DNA of 64,000 nucleotides. It comes from Nitrospira japonica. GTDB lineage: Bacteria > Nitrospirota > Thermodesulfovibrionia > Thermodesulfovibrionales > SM23-35. Positions 1 through 11,556 of the stretch are shown here, piece after piece. The translations under genes were made by a program, and so were the position numbers. The notes below the pieces were generated by a model that ran no database searches, had not been told where the DNA came from, and saw only the letters and a program-made list of their open reading frames with translations. The DNA lies in the NCBI GenBank assembly GCA_020725385.1, contig DYFC01000017.1:1-64000 (forward strand), given 5' to 3'. How positions within the stretch are numbered: the stretch's first letter is position 1; each line of letters begins with the position of its first letter.

Positions 1-117
1 AAAAATCATCGAGTTAAATAAATTTTTGAGCAACTTCTGCATTTTTGGGTTAAGGAAGTTAACACTACCTGTCAATTGTTAAATTTGCGTAAAAAAGTAA
101 TATCATGGTAAACTTAA

Positions 118-1599
<1,482 letters not shown>

Positions 1600-1614
1600 C
1601 CCCGTAACTATATT

Positions 1615-3153
1615 ATGCACGAAGAAAAAGTATTAGTTCTTGATTTTGGTTCACAATATACCCAGCTTATTGCAAGGAGAATTAGGGAGAGCAAGGTTTA
1701 CTCTGAAATATATCCTTATAATGTTCCTTTAGAAAAAATTATTGCTTTTAAACCTAAAGGGATAATCCTCTCCGGAGGTCCTTCGAGTGTTTATGAAACT
1801 TCAGCTCCTTTGCCAGATCCTAAAATTTTTAATCTTGGCGTGCCGTTACTTGGTATATGTTATGGAATGCAGATCATGGCTCATATGCTTGGTGGAAAGG
1901 TTGCAAAAGCTCAAAAAAGAGAATACGGAAGGGCCGAGCTTATTATAGACAAAAAAATAGAACTTTTTAAGGATATACCAAAAAGAACTGTTGTATGGAT
2001 GAGTCATGGTGACAGAATAGAAAAATATCCACCTGATTTTTATCCTGCAGCGCATACAGATAATTCTCCTGTTGCTGTAATGTTTGATAAAAAGAAAAAG
2101 TTTTATGCGATTCAATTCCATCCAGAAGTTGCACATACACCTCTTGGAACAAAAATAATGAAAAATTTTTTATTTGAGATATGTGATTGCAAGCCTTTAT
2201 GGACAATGAAGTCATTTATTGAGAGCACAACCGAAGAGATTAAGAATAAAGTCGGAAATAAGAAAGTTGTATGCGGTATAAGCGGAGGTGTTGATTCTAC
2301 TGTAACAGCAGTACTTGTACATAAAGCTATAGGAAAACAATTGACATGTATTTTTGTTGATAATGGTGTTCTGAGAGAGGGAGAGAGTAAAAAGGTTGAG
2401 CAAAATTTACGCAAGCACTTCCATATGAATATTGATTTTGTAGATGCTTCAGAAAGATTCTTACGCAAATTAAAGGGAATTACAGACCCTGAGAAAAAAA
2501 GAAAAATAATCGGAAATGAGTTTATCCGTGTATTTGAAGAAGAAGCAAAAAAAATTAAAGATGTTGAATTTCTTGCTCAGGGAACCCTATACCCGGATGT
2601 TATAGAGAGTGTTTCGTTCAAAGGACCTTCAGCAACTATTAAAAGTCACCACAATGTGGGTGGACTATTAAAGAGAATGAAGCTAAAACTCATAGAACCA
2701 TTAAGAGAATTGTTCAAAGACGAAGTGAGGTTGCTCGGTAGGGACCTTAATATTCCGGAAGAAATAATTAACCGTCAACCGTTTCCCGGACCGGGACTTG
2801 CAATAAGAATTATTGGCGAAGTTACGAAAGAAAGATGTGACATATTGCGTAAAGCAGATACAATTGTATGGGAAGAAATCAGAAGAGCAGGACTTTATAC
2901 AAAACTCTGGCAGTCATTTGCAGTTTTACTTCCTGTAAAAAGTGTTGGAGTTATGGGTGATGAAAGAACATATGAAAATGTTATTGCTGTAAGGGCTGTT
3001 AATAGCCTTGATGGTATGACAGCAGACTGGGCAAAGCTTCCATATAATGTGCTTGGAATAATTTCAAACAGGATAATCAATGAAGTAAAGGGTATTAACA
3101 GGGTGGTGTATGACATAAGCTCAAAACCCCCGAGCACAATAGAATGGGAATAA
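1615..3153 (+). CDS. guaA: GMP synthase (glutamine-hydrolysing)
   Basis: [37 protein letters not shown]-terminus; follows guaB. Confidence 0.98.
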   Translation: MHEEKVLVLDFGSQYTQLIARRIRESKVYSEIYPYNVPLEKIIAFKPKGIILSGGPSSVYETSAPLPDPKIFNLGVPLLGICYGMQIMAHMLGGKVAKAQKREYGRAELIIDKKIELFKDIPKRTVVWMSHGDRIEKYPPDFYPAAHTDNSPVAVMFDKKKKFYAIQFHPEVAHTPLGTKIMKNFLFEICDCKPLWTMKSFIESTTEEIKNKVGNKKVVCGISGGVDSTVTAVLVHKAIGKQLTCIFVDNGVLREGESKKVEQNLRKHFHMNIDFVDASERFLRKLKGITDPEKKRKIIGNEFIRVFEEEAKKIKDVEFLAQGTLYPDVIESVSFKGPSATIKSHHNVGGLLKRMKLKLIEPLRELFKDEVRLLGRDLNIPEEIINRQPFPGPGLAIRIIGEVTKERCDILRKADTIVWEEIRRAGLYTKLWQSFAVLLPVKSVGVMGDERTYENVIAVRAVNSLDGMTADWAKLPYNVLGIISNRIINEVKGINRVVYDISSKPPSTIEWE

Positions 3154-3172
3154 AATTCAATGAAATCCAATA

Positions 3173-4072
3173 ATGGACATTAAAGAATATATTAAAGAAA
3201 AACAAAGACTTATAGATAATTATTTAAACAATTACTTTATCTCTCCATTTAAACCCCGTGTGCTTTATGAAGCAATGACTTATTCTTTATTTGCAGGTGG
3301 TAAAAGAATAAGGCCTGTTCTTGCCCTTACTTCATATGAAGTTTGCGGAGGGAATCCGGAGGATATATTGCCTCAGGCTTCAGCACTTGAACTGATTCAT
3401 ACTTATTCTCTAATACATGATGACTTACCGTCAATGGATGATGATGATTTAAGGCGCGGGAAACCCACTAATCATAAGATTTACGGAGAAGCCATTGCAA
3501 TACTCGCAGGGGATGCTTTACTTACAGAAGCTTTTAGGATGATGACTGTAAGAAAAGATTCTAAAAAGGAATCCCGCAGAATATCAAATAAAGCTATCGT
3601 AACTCTAATCCATGAAATAGCGTATTCATCAGGAGCTTACGGCATGGTCGGAGGACAGACACAGGATATAATTTCAGAAAAAATGGAACCTGAAAGAGAA
3701 ACACTTGAATTTATCCATAAACATAAAACAGCAGATTTGATTAAAGCCTCGGTAAGAGCAGGGGCTATACTTGCAGGAACAAAAAAGAGTATATTAAATG
3801 CATTGACTAAATACGGTGAAAATATCGGGCTTGCCTTTCAGGTTATTGATGATATTCTTGATGTTGAAGGAAAAACAGAAGAACTTGGCAAGACTTCTGG
3901 TTCAGATGTAAAAAAAGGAAAGATGACATATCCGGCTTTATATGGTATTGAAAAAGCAAAACAAAAGTCAGAAGAACTTGTTTCTTCCGCAATTAGTGTT
4001 TTAAAAATCTTTTCATCTGAAGCAGATCCACTGAGGGATTTAGCTTTGTATTTGCTTAAAAGGAGGGCTTAA
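3173..4072 (+). CDS. ispA: Farnesyl/geranylgeranyl diphosphate synthase
   Basis: GGKRIRP, LIHDDLPSMDDDDLRRGKPT, FQVIDDILD; precedes dxs. Confidence 0.93.
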   Translation: MDIKEYIKEKQRLIDNYLNNYFISPFKPRVLYEAMTYSLFAGGKRIRPVLALTSYEVCGGNPEDILPQASALELIHTYSLIHDDLPSMDDDDLRRGKPTNHKIYGEAIAILAGDALLTEAFRMMTVRKDSKKESRRISNKAIVTLIHEIAYSSGAYGMVGGQTQDIISEKMEPERETLEFIHKHKTADLIKASVRAGAILAGTKKSILNALTKYGENIGLAFQVIDDILDVEGKTEELGKTSGSDVKKGKMTYPALYGIEKAKQKSEELVSSAISVLKIFSSEADPLRDLALYLLKRRA

Positions 4073-5958
4073 TGTTTATTGAATATATTAAATCTCCCGA
4101 AGATATTAAAAAGCTCTCACTGCAAGAACTTAAACTCCTTGCAGATGAAATGAGAGATATAATCATAGAGCGTGTATCAATAAATGGTGGACATCTTGCT
4201 TCAAATCTTGGAGTTATTGAACTTACTTTAGCTCTACACTATGTTTTTAATTCTCCTCTGGACAAAATTATATGGGATGTCGGGCATCAAACCTATCCCC
4301 ATAAGATGGTTACCGGAAGATTCGAAAAATTTTCAACTATCAGAAAATTCAGAGGAATATCAGGTTTCCCAAAAAGGGAAGAGAGCGAGCATGATATTTT
4401 TGACACAGGACATAGTTCAACATCTATTTCTGCTGCCCTTGGAATTCTTGAAGGCCGCGACAAACGTATGGAAGATTATAAAGTGATAGCTGTAATCGGA
4501 GATGGAGCTTTATCAGGTGGGCTTGCATTTGAAGGTTTAAACAATGCAGGACATTTAAAGAAGGATTTAATTGTTATTCTGAATGACAATGAAATGTCAA
4601 TTTCTCCAAATGTTGGAGCATTGCACTCTTATCTTAACAGGATAATGACAGGTGAATTATATAAAAGGTTTAAGAGGGATACAAAAGCTATTCTTGAAAA
4701 CATACCAAAGGTTGGTGAGACTGCTGCCAAGATTGCCCAAAAAACAGAAGAAATGTTCAAAGGGTTATTTTTGCCCGGTATAATTTTTGAAGAGTTAGGG
4801 TTCAATTATATAGGTCCAATTGATGGCCATAATATGGAGCTACTTATCCGTACACTAAAAAGTATTAAAACCTGTACTTCTCCAACTCTTGTTCATGTAA
4901 TTACAAAAAAGGGTAAAGGTTATACTTTTTCTGAAGAGAATCCATCGTTATTTCACGGTATCGGACCATTTGAACCTGACACAGGCTCACCTATAAAAGC
5001 TAATCGTAAAACGTACAGTGAAATTTTTGGAGAAACTCTATGCGGGTTAGCAGAAAAAGATTATAGAGTTGTTGCTATTACCGCTGCTATGAAAGAAGGC
5101 ACAGGTCTTGAGGAATTTTCAGAAAAATTCCCCGAACGTTTTTATGATGTTGGTATTGCAGAACAACATGCAGTGACTTTTTCAGCAGGATTGGCTGTTC
5201 AAGGCGTGAAACCAGTTGTAGCGATTTATTCCACATTTCTACAGAGAGCTTATGATCAGATAGTTCATGATGTGTGTCTTCAAAATCTTCATGTTGTTTT
5301 TGCTATTGACAGAGGTGGTCTTGTTGGAGAAGATGGACCAACACATCATGGTGTATTTGATCTATCATATCTTAGGCATATACCAAATATTATAGTTATG
5401 GAGCCCAAGGATGAAAATGAATTAAAGAGCATGTTAGAGCTTGCAATATCACATAATGGTCCAATAGCACTACGTTATCCAAGAGGAAAATCTTTAAATG
5501 AACCTTTATTTGCAGAGACAATTTCTTCTTATAAAATAGGTGAAGCTGAGATAATTAAAGAAGGAAATGATATTGCCATAATAGCAATTGGAAGTACAGT
5601 TTTACCTTCATTAAAAGCTGCAAAGAAGATTGAAGAGCAAGAAGGTATATCGGTTATGGTCGTGAATGCCAGATTTATAAAACCATTGGATGAAAATTTA
5701 TTATTGTCTATTGCTTCTAAAATACCAAAAATTATTACAGTTGAAGAGAATGTATTACAGGGTGGATTTGGTAGTGCGATTCTCGAATTGCTTAATGATA
5801 CAGGAATACAAAATATAAAGATTAAAAGACTTGGAATTCCGGATCTTTTTATTGAACACGGTTCACAGCCTGAATTAAGAAAAAAGTACGGTCTTGATGA
5901 AGAAGGTATTTTTCAAGCTATTCTTGCTCTTTCAAAAGAACCTGTATATTCATATTGA
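4072..5958 (+). CDS. dxs: 1-deoxy-D-xylulose-5-phosphate synthase
   Basis: GGHLASNLGVIELT, WDVGHQTYPHK, GDGA...LNDNEMSIS, DGPTHHG. Confidence 0.98.
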   Translation: MFIEYIKSPEDIKKLSLQELKLLADEMRDIIIERVSINGGHLASNLGVIELTLALHYVFNSPLDKIIWDVGHQTYPHKMVTGRFEKFSTIRKFRGISGFPKREESEHDIFDTGHSSTSISAALGILEGRDKRMEDYKVIAVIGDGALSGGLAFEGLNNAGHLKKDLIVILNDNEMSISPNVGALHSYLNRIMTGELYKRFKRDTKAILENIPKVGETAAKIAQKTEEMFKGLFLPGIIFEELGFNYIGPIDGHNMELLIRTLKSIKTCTSPTLVHVITKKGKGYTFSEENPSLFHGIGPFEPDTGSPIKANRKTYSEIFGETLCGLAEKDYRVVAITAAMKEGTGLEEFSEKFPERFYDVGIAEQHAVTFSAGLAVQGVKPVVAIYSTFLQRAYDQIVHDVCLQNLHVVFAIDRGGLVGEDGPTHHGVFDLSYLRHIPNIIVMEPKDENELKSMLELAISHNGPIALRYPRGKSLNEPLFAETISSYKIGEAEIIKEGNDIAIIAIGSTVLPSLKAAKKIEEQEGISVMVVNARFIKPLDENLLLSIASKIPKIITVEENVLQGGFGSAILELLNDTGIQNIKIKRLGIPDLFIEHGSQPELRKKYGLDEEGIFQAILALSKEPVYSY

Positions 5959-6740
5959 AAGAAAGACTTGATAAGATTCTTGTATCAAAGGGACTTGTAA
6001 AAAGCAGAGACCTTGCGAGGGCTTTTGTTATTGAAGGTAAGGTTTTTGTTAATGGCGTAAAAATCTTAAAGCCCGGCACATTGATTGATGAGAGTTCCTC
6101 TATTTCAGTAGAGGGCGAAAAAATGCCTTATGTTAGCAGGGGAGGGCTTAAACTTGAAGCAGCACTTCAGCATTTTAATATTGATGTTAATAATAAAGTA
6201 ATAATGGATGTTGGCTCCTCAACCGGAGGTTTCACAGATTGTGTCTTAAAAAGAGGAGCAAAAAAAGTTTTTTGTATTGATGTTGGATATGGTCAGCTTG
6301 ACTGGTCTTTGAGAAACGATCCGAGAATTTTTCTTATGGAGAGAACCAATGCACGTTACCTCGATGAAATTATATCTAAAAGAGTCGCAGAGAAGGGAAA
6401 AGAAGGAATAGAAGAACTTATCGAGAAGAATATTGATATAATTGTTGTAGATGTTTCATTCATATCTCTAACGAAAATATTGCCGGTACTTAAGGTATTT
6501 GTTAAAAAGAATGGGTTAATAATAGCTCTGGTAAAACCTCAATTTGAAGCTGGAAAAGGAGAGGTTGGTAAAGGAGGTATAGTTAGGGATGAAGAAAAAA
6601 GAATGAATGTTGTAAAAAAAGTATCAGAATCATTAAATGAATTTGGATTGGAAACGCTTGGTATTTATCAATCACCAGTCAAAGGGCAAAAGGGCAATAT
6701 TGAATATTTTTTATTATTGAAATTAAAAGAAATTAAATAG
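5955..6740 (+). CDS. tlyA: TlyA family rRNA 2'-O-methyltransferase
   Basis: S4 domain, YVSRGGLKL, DVGSSTGGFTD, LVKPQFE; conserved position after dxs. Confidence 0.93.
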   Translation: MKERLDKILVSKGLVKSRDLARAFVIEGKVFVNGVKILKPGTLIDESSSISVEGEKMPYVSRGGLKLEAALQHFNIDVNNKVIMDVGSSTGGFTDCVLKRGAKKVFCIDVGYGQLDWSLRNDPRIFLMERTNARYLDEIISKRVAEKGKEGIEELIEKNIDIIVVDVSFISLTKILPVLKVFVKKNGLIIALVKPQFEAGKGEVGKGGIVRDEEKRMNVVKKVSESLNEFGLETLGIYQSPVKGQKGNIEYFLLLKLKEIK

Positions 6741-6766
6741 CTACATCTATAAAAGCGGGGGATTAG

Positions 6767-7444
6767 ATGGAAGAGCAAAGAGTTTTAATTGGTTTTGATT
6801 ATTCTACTGCCTCACTTCTGGCAATCGAATTGCTTCTTGAAGATGCATATGACCCTTCATTGTATGAAGAAATAGCAAAGGCCAATGTGAACAGGCCTGA
6901 AGTTTTAAGGCTTATTCTTGAATGTCCTGACACTCCTGATTCTGTCAGGCAGATGGTTTCTGACATGATGAAAGTTCCTGTTGTTGCAAAAGAAAAGATT
7001 GTCAAGCCCCGCAAACCACCTGAAGTACGTGAGCAAACAATTTTTCAGAAGATACAAAAATTAAGTGTATCTGAAAGAATCCAGCTTGCAATAAGAGGCG
7101 GAAAGGAAATAAGGTCTATTCTATTAAGGGATTCAAATAAAGAAGTCGCATTGTCTGTTCTTGATAATCCAAGAATAACCGAGACAGAGGTCGAGTTGAT
7201 CGCTAAGTCAAGGTCTGTAACAGACGAGGCTTTAAGAATCATAACAAGGAAAAGAGAATGGATGAAAAGCTACAATATAATTCTTGCTCTTGTAAATAAT
7301 CCAAAGACCCCGATTGGAATTGCTATAAAACTTGTTCCGGAGTTAAGAACAAGGGATCTTCAATTACTGGAAAAAAATAGAAATGTAGCTGAAGGTGTAC
7401 GCTCTAATGCAAAGAAAATATTAAAGGCACGAAAGTCTCTATAA
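6767..7444 (+). CDS. Conserved hypothetical helical-repeat protein
   Basis: 225-aa ORF with RBS; repeated L..NP.(T/I) motifs of LRV/HEAT-like repeat proteins. Confidence 0.7.
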   Translation: MEEQRVLIGFDYSTASLLAIELLLEDAYDPSLYEEIAKANVNRPEVLRLILECPDTPDSVRQMVSDMMKVPVVAKEKIVKPRKPPEVREQTIFQKIQKLSVSERIQLAIRGGKEIRSILLRDSNKEVALSVLDNPRITETEVELIAKSRSVTDEALRIITRKREWMKSYNIILALVNNPKTPIGIAIKLVPELRTRDLQLLEKNRNVAEGVRSNAKKILKARKSL

Positions 7445-7525
7445 AATATATTGAAAATTTTTTAAAAATTTCTTTTAATAAAACTCATATTATTTCAATA
7501 CCAAATAAATAACAAAAAGGAAAGA

Positions 7526-8689
7526 ATGTTACGTTCGTTTAAGATTGAAAAACATCATACAGGCATTGTGCCTGAATCAACTCTATTCAAGACACTAAAG
7601 TATCTTGATAGGAAAACTATAAAAACACCATTTTTATTGTTAGACAGCAATAAAATTGCTGAAAAAGTTTCCCTTATCGGGAGTTTTATTAGAAATTCCA
7701 GAGTATTTTATGCTGTCAAAGCTAATCCCGATATATCTGTCATAAAACTACTGAACAAGCTTAAAGCAGGGTTTGAGATTGCATCTGAAGGTGAACTTGA
7801 ATTGCTCTCATCTATAAAAGTTGAACCATCAAGGATAATTTCGAGCAATCCGGTAAAAACCCTGATATTTTTAAAAACCGCTGCAAAATACGGGGTAAAC
7901 TATTTTTCTTTTGATTCATATGATGAAGTTGATAAATTAAAAGAATTTGTACCGGGATGTAATGTATATGTGAGATTGACAGTACCAAATGAGGGAAGTG
8001 AATGGCCTTTAAGCAAAAAATTTGGTGTGGAAATAGACCATGCAATTAAATTATTGCTATATGCAAAAGAAAATGGACTGAACCCTGTTGGAATAACATT
8101 TCATGTTGGTTCACAGTGCACAAATATATATAACTGGAATTCAGCGCTTGATAAAGCTAAGGCATTATGGGAATTAGCTGTAAAAAAAGGATTAAATTTG
8201 AAGATGTTGAATATTGGTGGAGGTTACCCGATTAAATATACTAAAAATGTTGTTAGCATAGAAGCAATAGAAAAAAATATAGATTCTCTTATACAAGAAC
8301 GTTTTCCTGAAAATGTAGAAATATATATTGAGCCCGGTAGAGCTGTTGTTGGTGATGCAGGTATATTTGTAACAAAGGTTATCGGGAAGGCAAAAAGAGG
8401 AGATGAAGACTGGCTTTATATAGATGTTGGAGTTTTTAATGGATTAATGGAAAGTGTTGGCGGGATAAAATATAGTTATATAGTAGAAAACCAGAAAAAT
8501 ATCAAAGCAAAAAAACAGTGGACTATCGCAGGTCCAAGTTGCGATAGTTTTGATGTAATAGACAAAAATGTTATCTTGAATGAACCGGAAGTCGGAAATC
8601 TTGTATTGATTCCATCAAGCGGAGCTTATACAATATCATATGCATCGGAATTCAATGGATTTTCGATTCCAAAAACTATTTTAATATAA
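7526..8689 (+). CDS. Type III PLP-dependent ornithine/lysine decarboxylase
   Basis: FYAVKAN (PLP lysine), FHVGSQ, NIGGG, EPGR, GPSCDSFD; adjacent to speE. Confidence 0.9.
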   Translation: MLRSFKIEKHHTGIVPESTLFKTLKYLDRKTIKTPFLLLDSNKIAEKVSLIGSFIRNSRVFYAVKANPDISVIKLLNKLKAGFEIASEGELELLSSIKVEPSRIISSNPVKTLIFLKTAAKYGVNYFSFDSYDEVDKLKEFVPGCNVYVRLTVPNEGSEWPLSKKFGVEIDHAIKLLLYAKENGLNPVGITFHVGSQCTNIYNWNSALDKAKALWELAVKKGLNLKMLNIGGGYPIKYTKNVVSIEAIEKNIDSLIQERFPENVEIYIEPGRAVVGDAGIFVTKVIGKAKRGDEDWLYIDVGVFNGLMESVGGIKYSYIVENQKNIKAKKQWTIAGPSCDSFDVIDKNVILNEPEVGNLVLIPSSGAYTISYASEFNGFSIPKTILI

Positions 8690-8707
8690 TTACAGAGAGG
8701 GTAAAAA

Positions 8708-9547
8708 ATGATTAAATTTACTGAAAAAGCACCATATTCACCGGTTGAATATCTTTATGATGTAGAGGAGATTCTTTATAAAGGTAAAAGCAAGTTTCAG
8801 GAAATAATGGTAATTACAAATCCTTATTTCGGAAGAATGCTTATACTCGATGATGTTGTTCAGATTACGGAAAGAGACGAATTTTTCTACCACGAGATGC
8901 TAACCCATGTTGTTATGTATGCACAATCCAATCCTAAGAAAGTAATTGTCATCGGCGGTGGAGACGGAGGAGTTGTCAGGGAAGTTCTTAAACATAAATC
9001 AGTCGAGAAAGTTTATTTTGTTGAAATCGATGAGGATGTAATTAATGTCTCAAGAAAGTTCTTTCCTACAGTATCATGTGGAATGGATGACCCGAGAGTT
9101 GAGATAAAGATTATGGATGGTGCTGATTTTATCAAGAAAATAAAAACTCCTGAAATTGATGCAATTATTATTGACTCAACTGATATTATTGGTTTTGCAA
9201 GAAGTCTTTTTACAAAAGAATTTTTCACTTCAGTAAAAAATTGTCTTACACACGAAGGCATGTTCGTTACGCATACAGAGTCAATGCATTTTCACAAAGA
9301 TATGGTCATAGAACTCCAGGAAGCATTAAAAGAAGTCTTTCCCCTTGTTGATCTCTATTCAGCACCCATAGCAACATACCCGGGGAACTGGTGGGTATTT
9401 GCTGTTGCTACAAACGGAGCATCACCGAGAGAAATTAAACGTAATTTTGATATAAATACTAAGTATTATAGCGATGAAATACATCAACAGGCTTTTATAA
9501 CAAAAGGATTATATGAGAAATTAATGCAAAGAAAACTGCAATGGTAG
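8708..9547 (+). CDS. speE: Spermidine synthase (polyamine aminopropyltransferase)
   Basis: YHEMLTH, VIGGGDGGVVREVLKH, IIIDSTD. Confidence 0.93.
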   Translation: MIKFTEKAPYSPVEYLYDVEEILYKGKSKFQEIMVITNPYFGRMLILDDVVQITERDEFFYHEMLTHVVMYAQSNPKKVIVIGGGDGGVVREVLKHKSVEKVYFVEIDEDVINVSRKFFPTVSCGMDDPRVEIKIMDGADFIKKIKTPEIDAIIIDSTDIIGFARSLFTKEFFTSVKNCLTHEGMFVTHTESMHFHKDMVIELQEALKEVFPLVDLYSAPIATYPGNWWVFAVATNGASPREIKRNFDINTKYYSDEIHQQAFITKGLYEKLMQRKLQW

Positions 9548-9575
9548 CCTTGAATAATCTATCCTTATAGATTTA
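9536..9575 (+). repeat. 40-bp direct repeat, copy 1 (last codons and stop of speE)
   Basis: CTGCAATGGTAGCCTTGAATAATCTATCCTTATAGATTTA is identical to 10408-10447; imperfect similarity continues about 35 bp. Confidence 0.95.
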
Positions 9576-9609
9576 AAGAGAAAAGTTTAAAATTTTGGTC
9601 CGGGATTTT

Positions 9610-9692
9610 AATTCTTCTTTAAGAATAGCTTTTTATAATGAATGTCTTTTTTCTAAAGTAACTCATGCACTCGTATCAATAAAAGCTCTCAT
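9610..9692 (-). pseudogene. Decayed N-terminal fragment of a PIN/VapC toxin
   Basis: Reads MRAFIDTSA*VTLEK then frameshifted DIHYKK; matches the VapC start xFIDTSAW with TGG changed to TGA. Confidence 0.6.
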
Positions 9693-9693
9693 T

Positions 9694-10029
9694 TTATTTC
9701 AACTTTATCCATACTTCTGAAAGGAAATTGATTATTTCTTCAACAGTTTTCGGAGTTATTTCACTATGAGTTTCAGGATTTTCAAGAGGATGCAAATGCC
9801 AACCTCTTATATTATCATAATCAATTCCCCAGATTCTTTTTCCTCTTTCTATGAGCGCAAAAGCTTTTGTTTCTGTAAACTCATTATAATATATCTGCAA
9901 AAAACGATTTTTCTTTAAGAACGCACGGCCTTTTAGAATAAAAGCTTCGCTTTGGATGTCAACTTTTTCAACAAAATCTAATCTGGATAGATTTTCAAGT
10001 AGTAGAACGAGAAATTGAGTTATGTCCAC
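9694..10029 (-). CDS. Putative toxin, TumE/DUF6516-like
   Basis: YDN-x4-HLH motif, 111 aa, overlaps the small upstream partner gene. Confidence 0.6.
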   Translation of the reverse strand: MDITQFLVLLLENLSRLDFVEKVDIQSEAFILKGRAFLKKNRFLQIYYNEFTETKAFALIERGKRIWGIDYDNIRGWHLHPLENPETHSEITPKTVEEIINFLSEVWIKLK

Positions 10030-10325
10030 TGTTCTTTGATTTCGTCATAGTGTTTTTTTAAACTAACAGCTTCTTCCCATTCCCAAAAATCCTGCTCGGT
10101 GTCAAAAGAATATATATCTGCTCTCAGCGTTTTGTCTTTAATATGTTTTTTGAATTCTTCAAAAGACATATTCCATTTTTTTTCGAATCCTTCGATAGTT
10201 TGTTGTAATTTCTTTAACTTCAACTCTAAATATTCGGAAAAAATTTTATTTAATGCATCCTCTATGTCTTTTGAATGTGTTGTTTTAACTAGAACTTCCC
10301 CCAATTTAGGTGACACTACAGGCAT
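10020..10325 (-). CDS. Putative antitoxin, TumA-like
   Basis: FEKKWNMSFEEF...DFWEWE pattern; GGAGG RBS supports a start at 10325 (MPVV). Confidence 0.6.
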   Translation of the reverse strand: MPVVSPKLGEVLVKTTHSKDIEDALNKIFSEYLELKLKKLQQTIEGFEKKWNMSFEEFKKHIKDKTLRADIYSFDTEQDFWEWEEAVSLKKHYDEIKEQWT

Positions 10326-10407
10326 ATTAACCTCCATTAGAAGTAGAATTCTATAATTATTATAGCAAATCTAATAGATAAAGACCTTGACTTTTATTTT
10401 ATCTTCC

Positions 10408-10447
10408 CTGCAATGGTAGCCTTGAATAATCTATCCTTATAGATTTA
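10408..10447 (+). repeat. 40-bp direct repeat, copy 2
   Basis: Identical to 9536-9575. Confidence 0.95.
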
Positions 10448-10513
10448 TAATAAAAAAGTTGAAAATCTTTGGTCTGCGGTTTTAAATCACAAAAATTATG
10501 GAGGTGTATTATA

Positions 10514-10804
10514 ATGCCTATCTACGAGTACGAGTGCATGAACTGCGGAAAGTATTGTGAAATAATTCAGAAATTCAATGACGAACCTTTGGAGACATGT
10601 CCCGAGTGCGGCGGACATATGCACAAACTTATATCACAATCTACCTTTGTACTTAAAGGTTCCGGATGGTATGTTACTGATTATGCATCTCCTGAAAGAA
10701 AAAAGGCGATGGAATCTGATGGAACCTTACCGAAAGACTCAAAGCCCTCAAATGGTGATAAAAAGAAAGAAAATATCAAGACCGAAACCGCTATAAAGAA
10801 TTAA
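10514..10804 (+). CDS. FmdB family zinc-ribbon protein
   Basis: [12 protein letters not shown]...CPECGG...[13 protein letters not shown]; GGAGG RBS before ATG 10514. Confidence 0.9.
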   Translation: MPIYEYECMNCGKYCEIIQKFNDEPLETCPECGGHMHKLISQSTFVLKGSGWYVTDYASPERKKAMESDGTLPKDSKPSNGDKKKENIKTETAIKN

Positions 10805-11556
10805 TGATAGCTCCACATATTCATATGCCCTATCACAGGATAGGGCATTATTTATCTTTTATAATTGAACATAAAATAAATCTTGAGTTATATTTTTCAT
10901 CCAATATACTTGATGAAACAAATATCTCCGAAATCGGGAAAATTTTAGAAAATCTATCATACAACCCTTCTTTTACCATACATGCACCATTTATGGATTT
11001 ATCTCCGGGTGCGGTTGATTCCAGAGTAAGGGCTGTGACAATAGAAAGATTCAATCAGGTATTTTCATTTGCAGAAATAATAAAACCGAAAGCGATTATA
11101 TTTCATTCGGGTTACGAAAAATGGAAATACGCTCTTAAAGTTGATGTATGGCTCGAAAATAGTTTAAAGACATGGGAAGAGTTCATAAAAAGAGCAAAGG
11201 AAATAAATACAAAAATAGCCATTGAAAATATATTTGAGGATAATCCTGATAATCTAAGGCTCTTAATGGAAAAGCTCGCTTCAGAATATTTCGGACTGTG
11301 TTTTGATACAGGCCATTTTAATTTATTTTCAAAAACCACATTAAAAGACTGGCTTAATCAAACAAAAGATTATATCTTTGAACTCCATCTCCATGACAAT
11401 AATAGAACCTCTGATGCACATCTTGCTATCGGTGAAGGGAATTTTGATTTTGATACGCTTTTTTCGGAATTAAAAGGAAAGAATATTATTTACACAATCG
11501 AAGGGCACACCGAACAAGATGTTCTAAAAAGCCTCGAAAGATTAGAGTATATTTAA
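10804..11556 (+). CDS. Sugar phosphate isomerase/epimerase (AP endonuclease family 2 TIM barrel)
   Basis: TIHAPF, IAIEN, CFDTGH, LHLHDN..DAHL metal-binding motifs. Confidence 0.85.
   Translation: MIAPHIHMPYHRIGHYLSFIIEHKINLELYFSSNILDETNISEIGKILENLSYNPSFTIHAPFMDLSPGAVDSRVRAVTIERFNQVFSFAEIIKPKAIIFHSGYEKWKYALKVDVWLENSLKTWEEFIKRAKEINTKIAIENIFEDNPDNLRLLMEKLASEYFGLCFDTGHFNLFSKTTLKDWLNQTKDYIFELHLHDNNRTSDAHLAIGEGNFDFDTLFSELKGKNIIYTIEGHTEQDVLKSLERLEYI

Noticed and set aside
6355-6435. Charged insertion in TlyA as a repeat-derived element
   Set aside because: No clear periodicity or palindrome in the DNA; cannot be distinguished from an ordinary variable loop.
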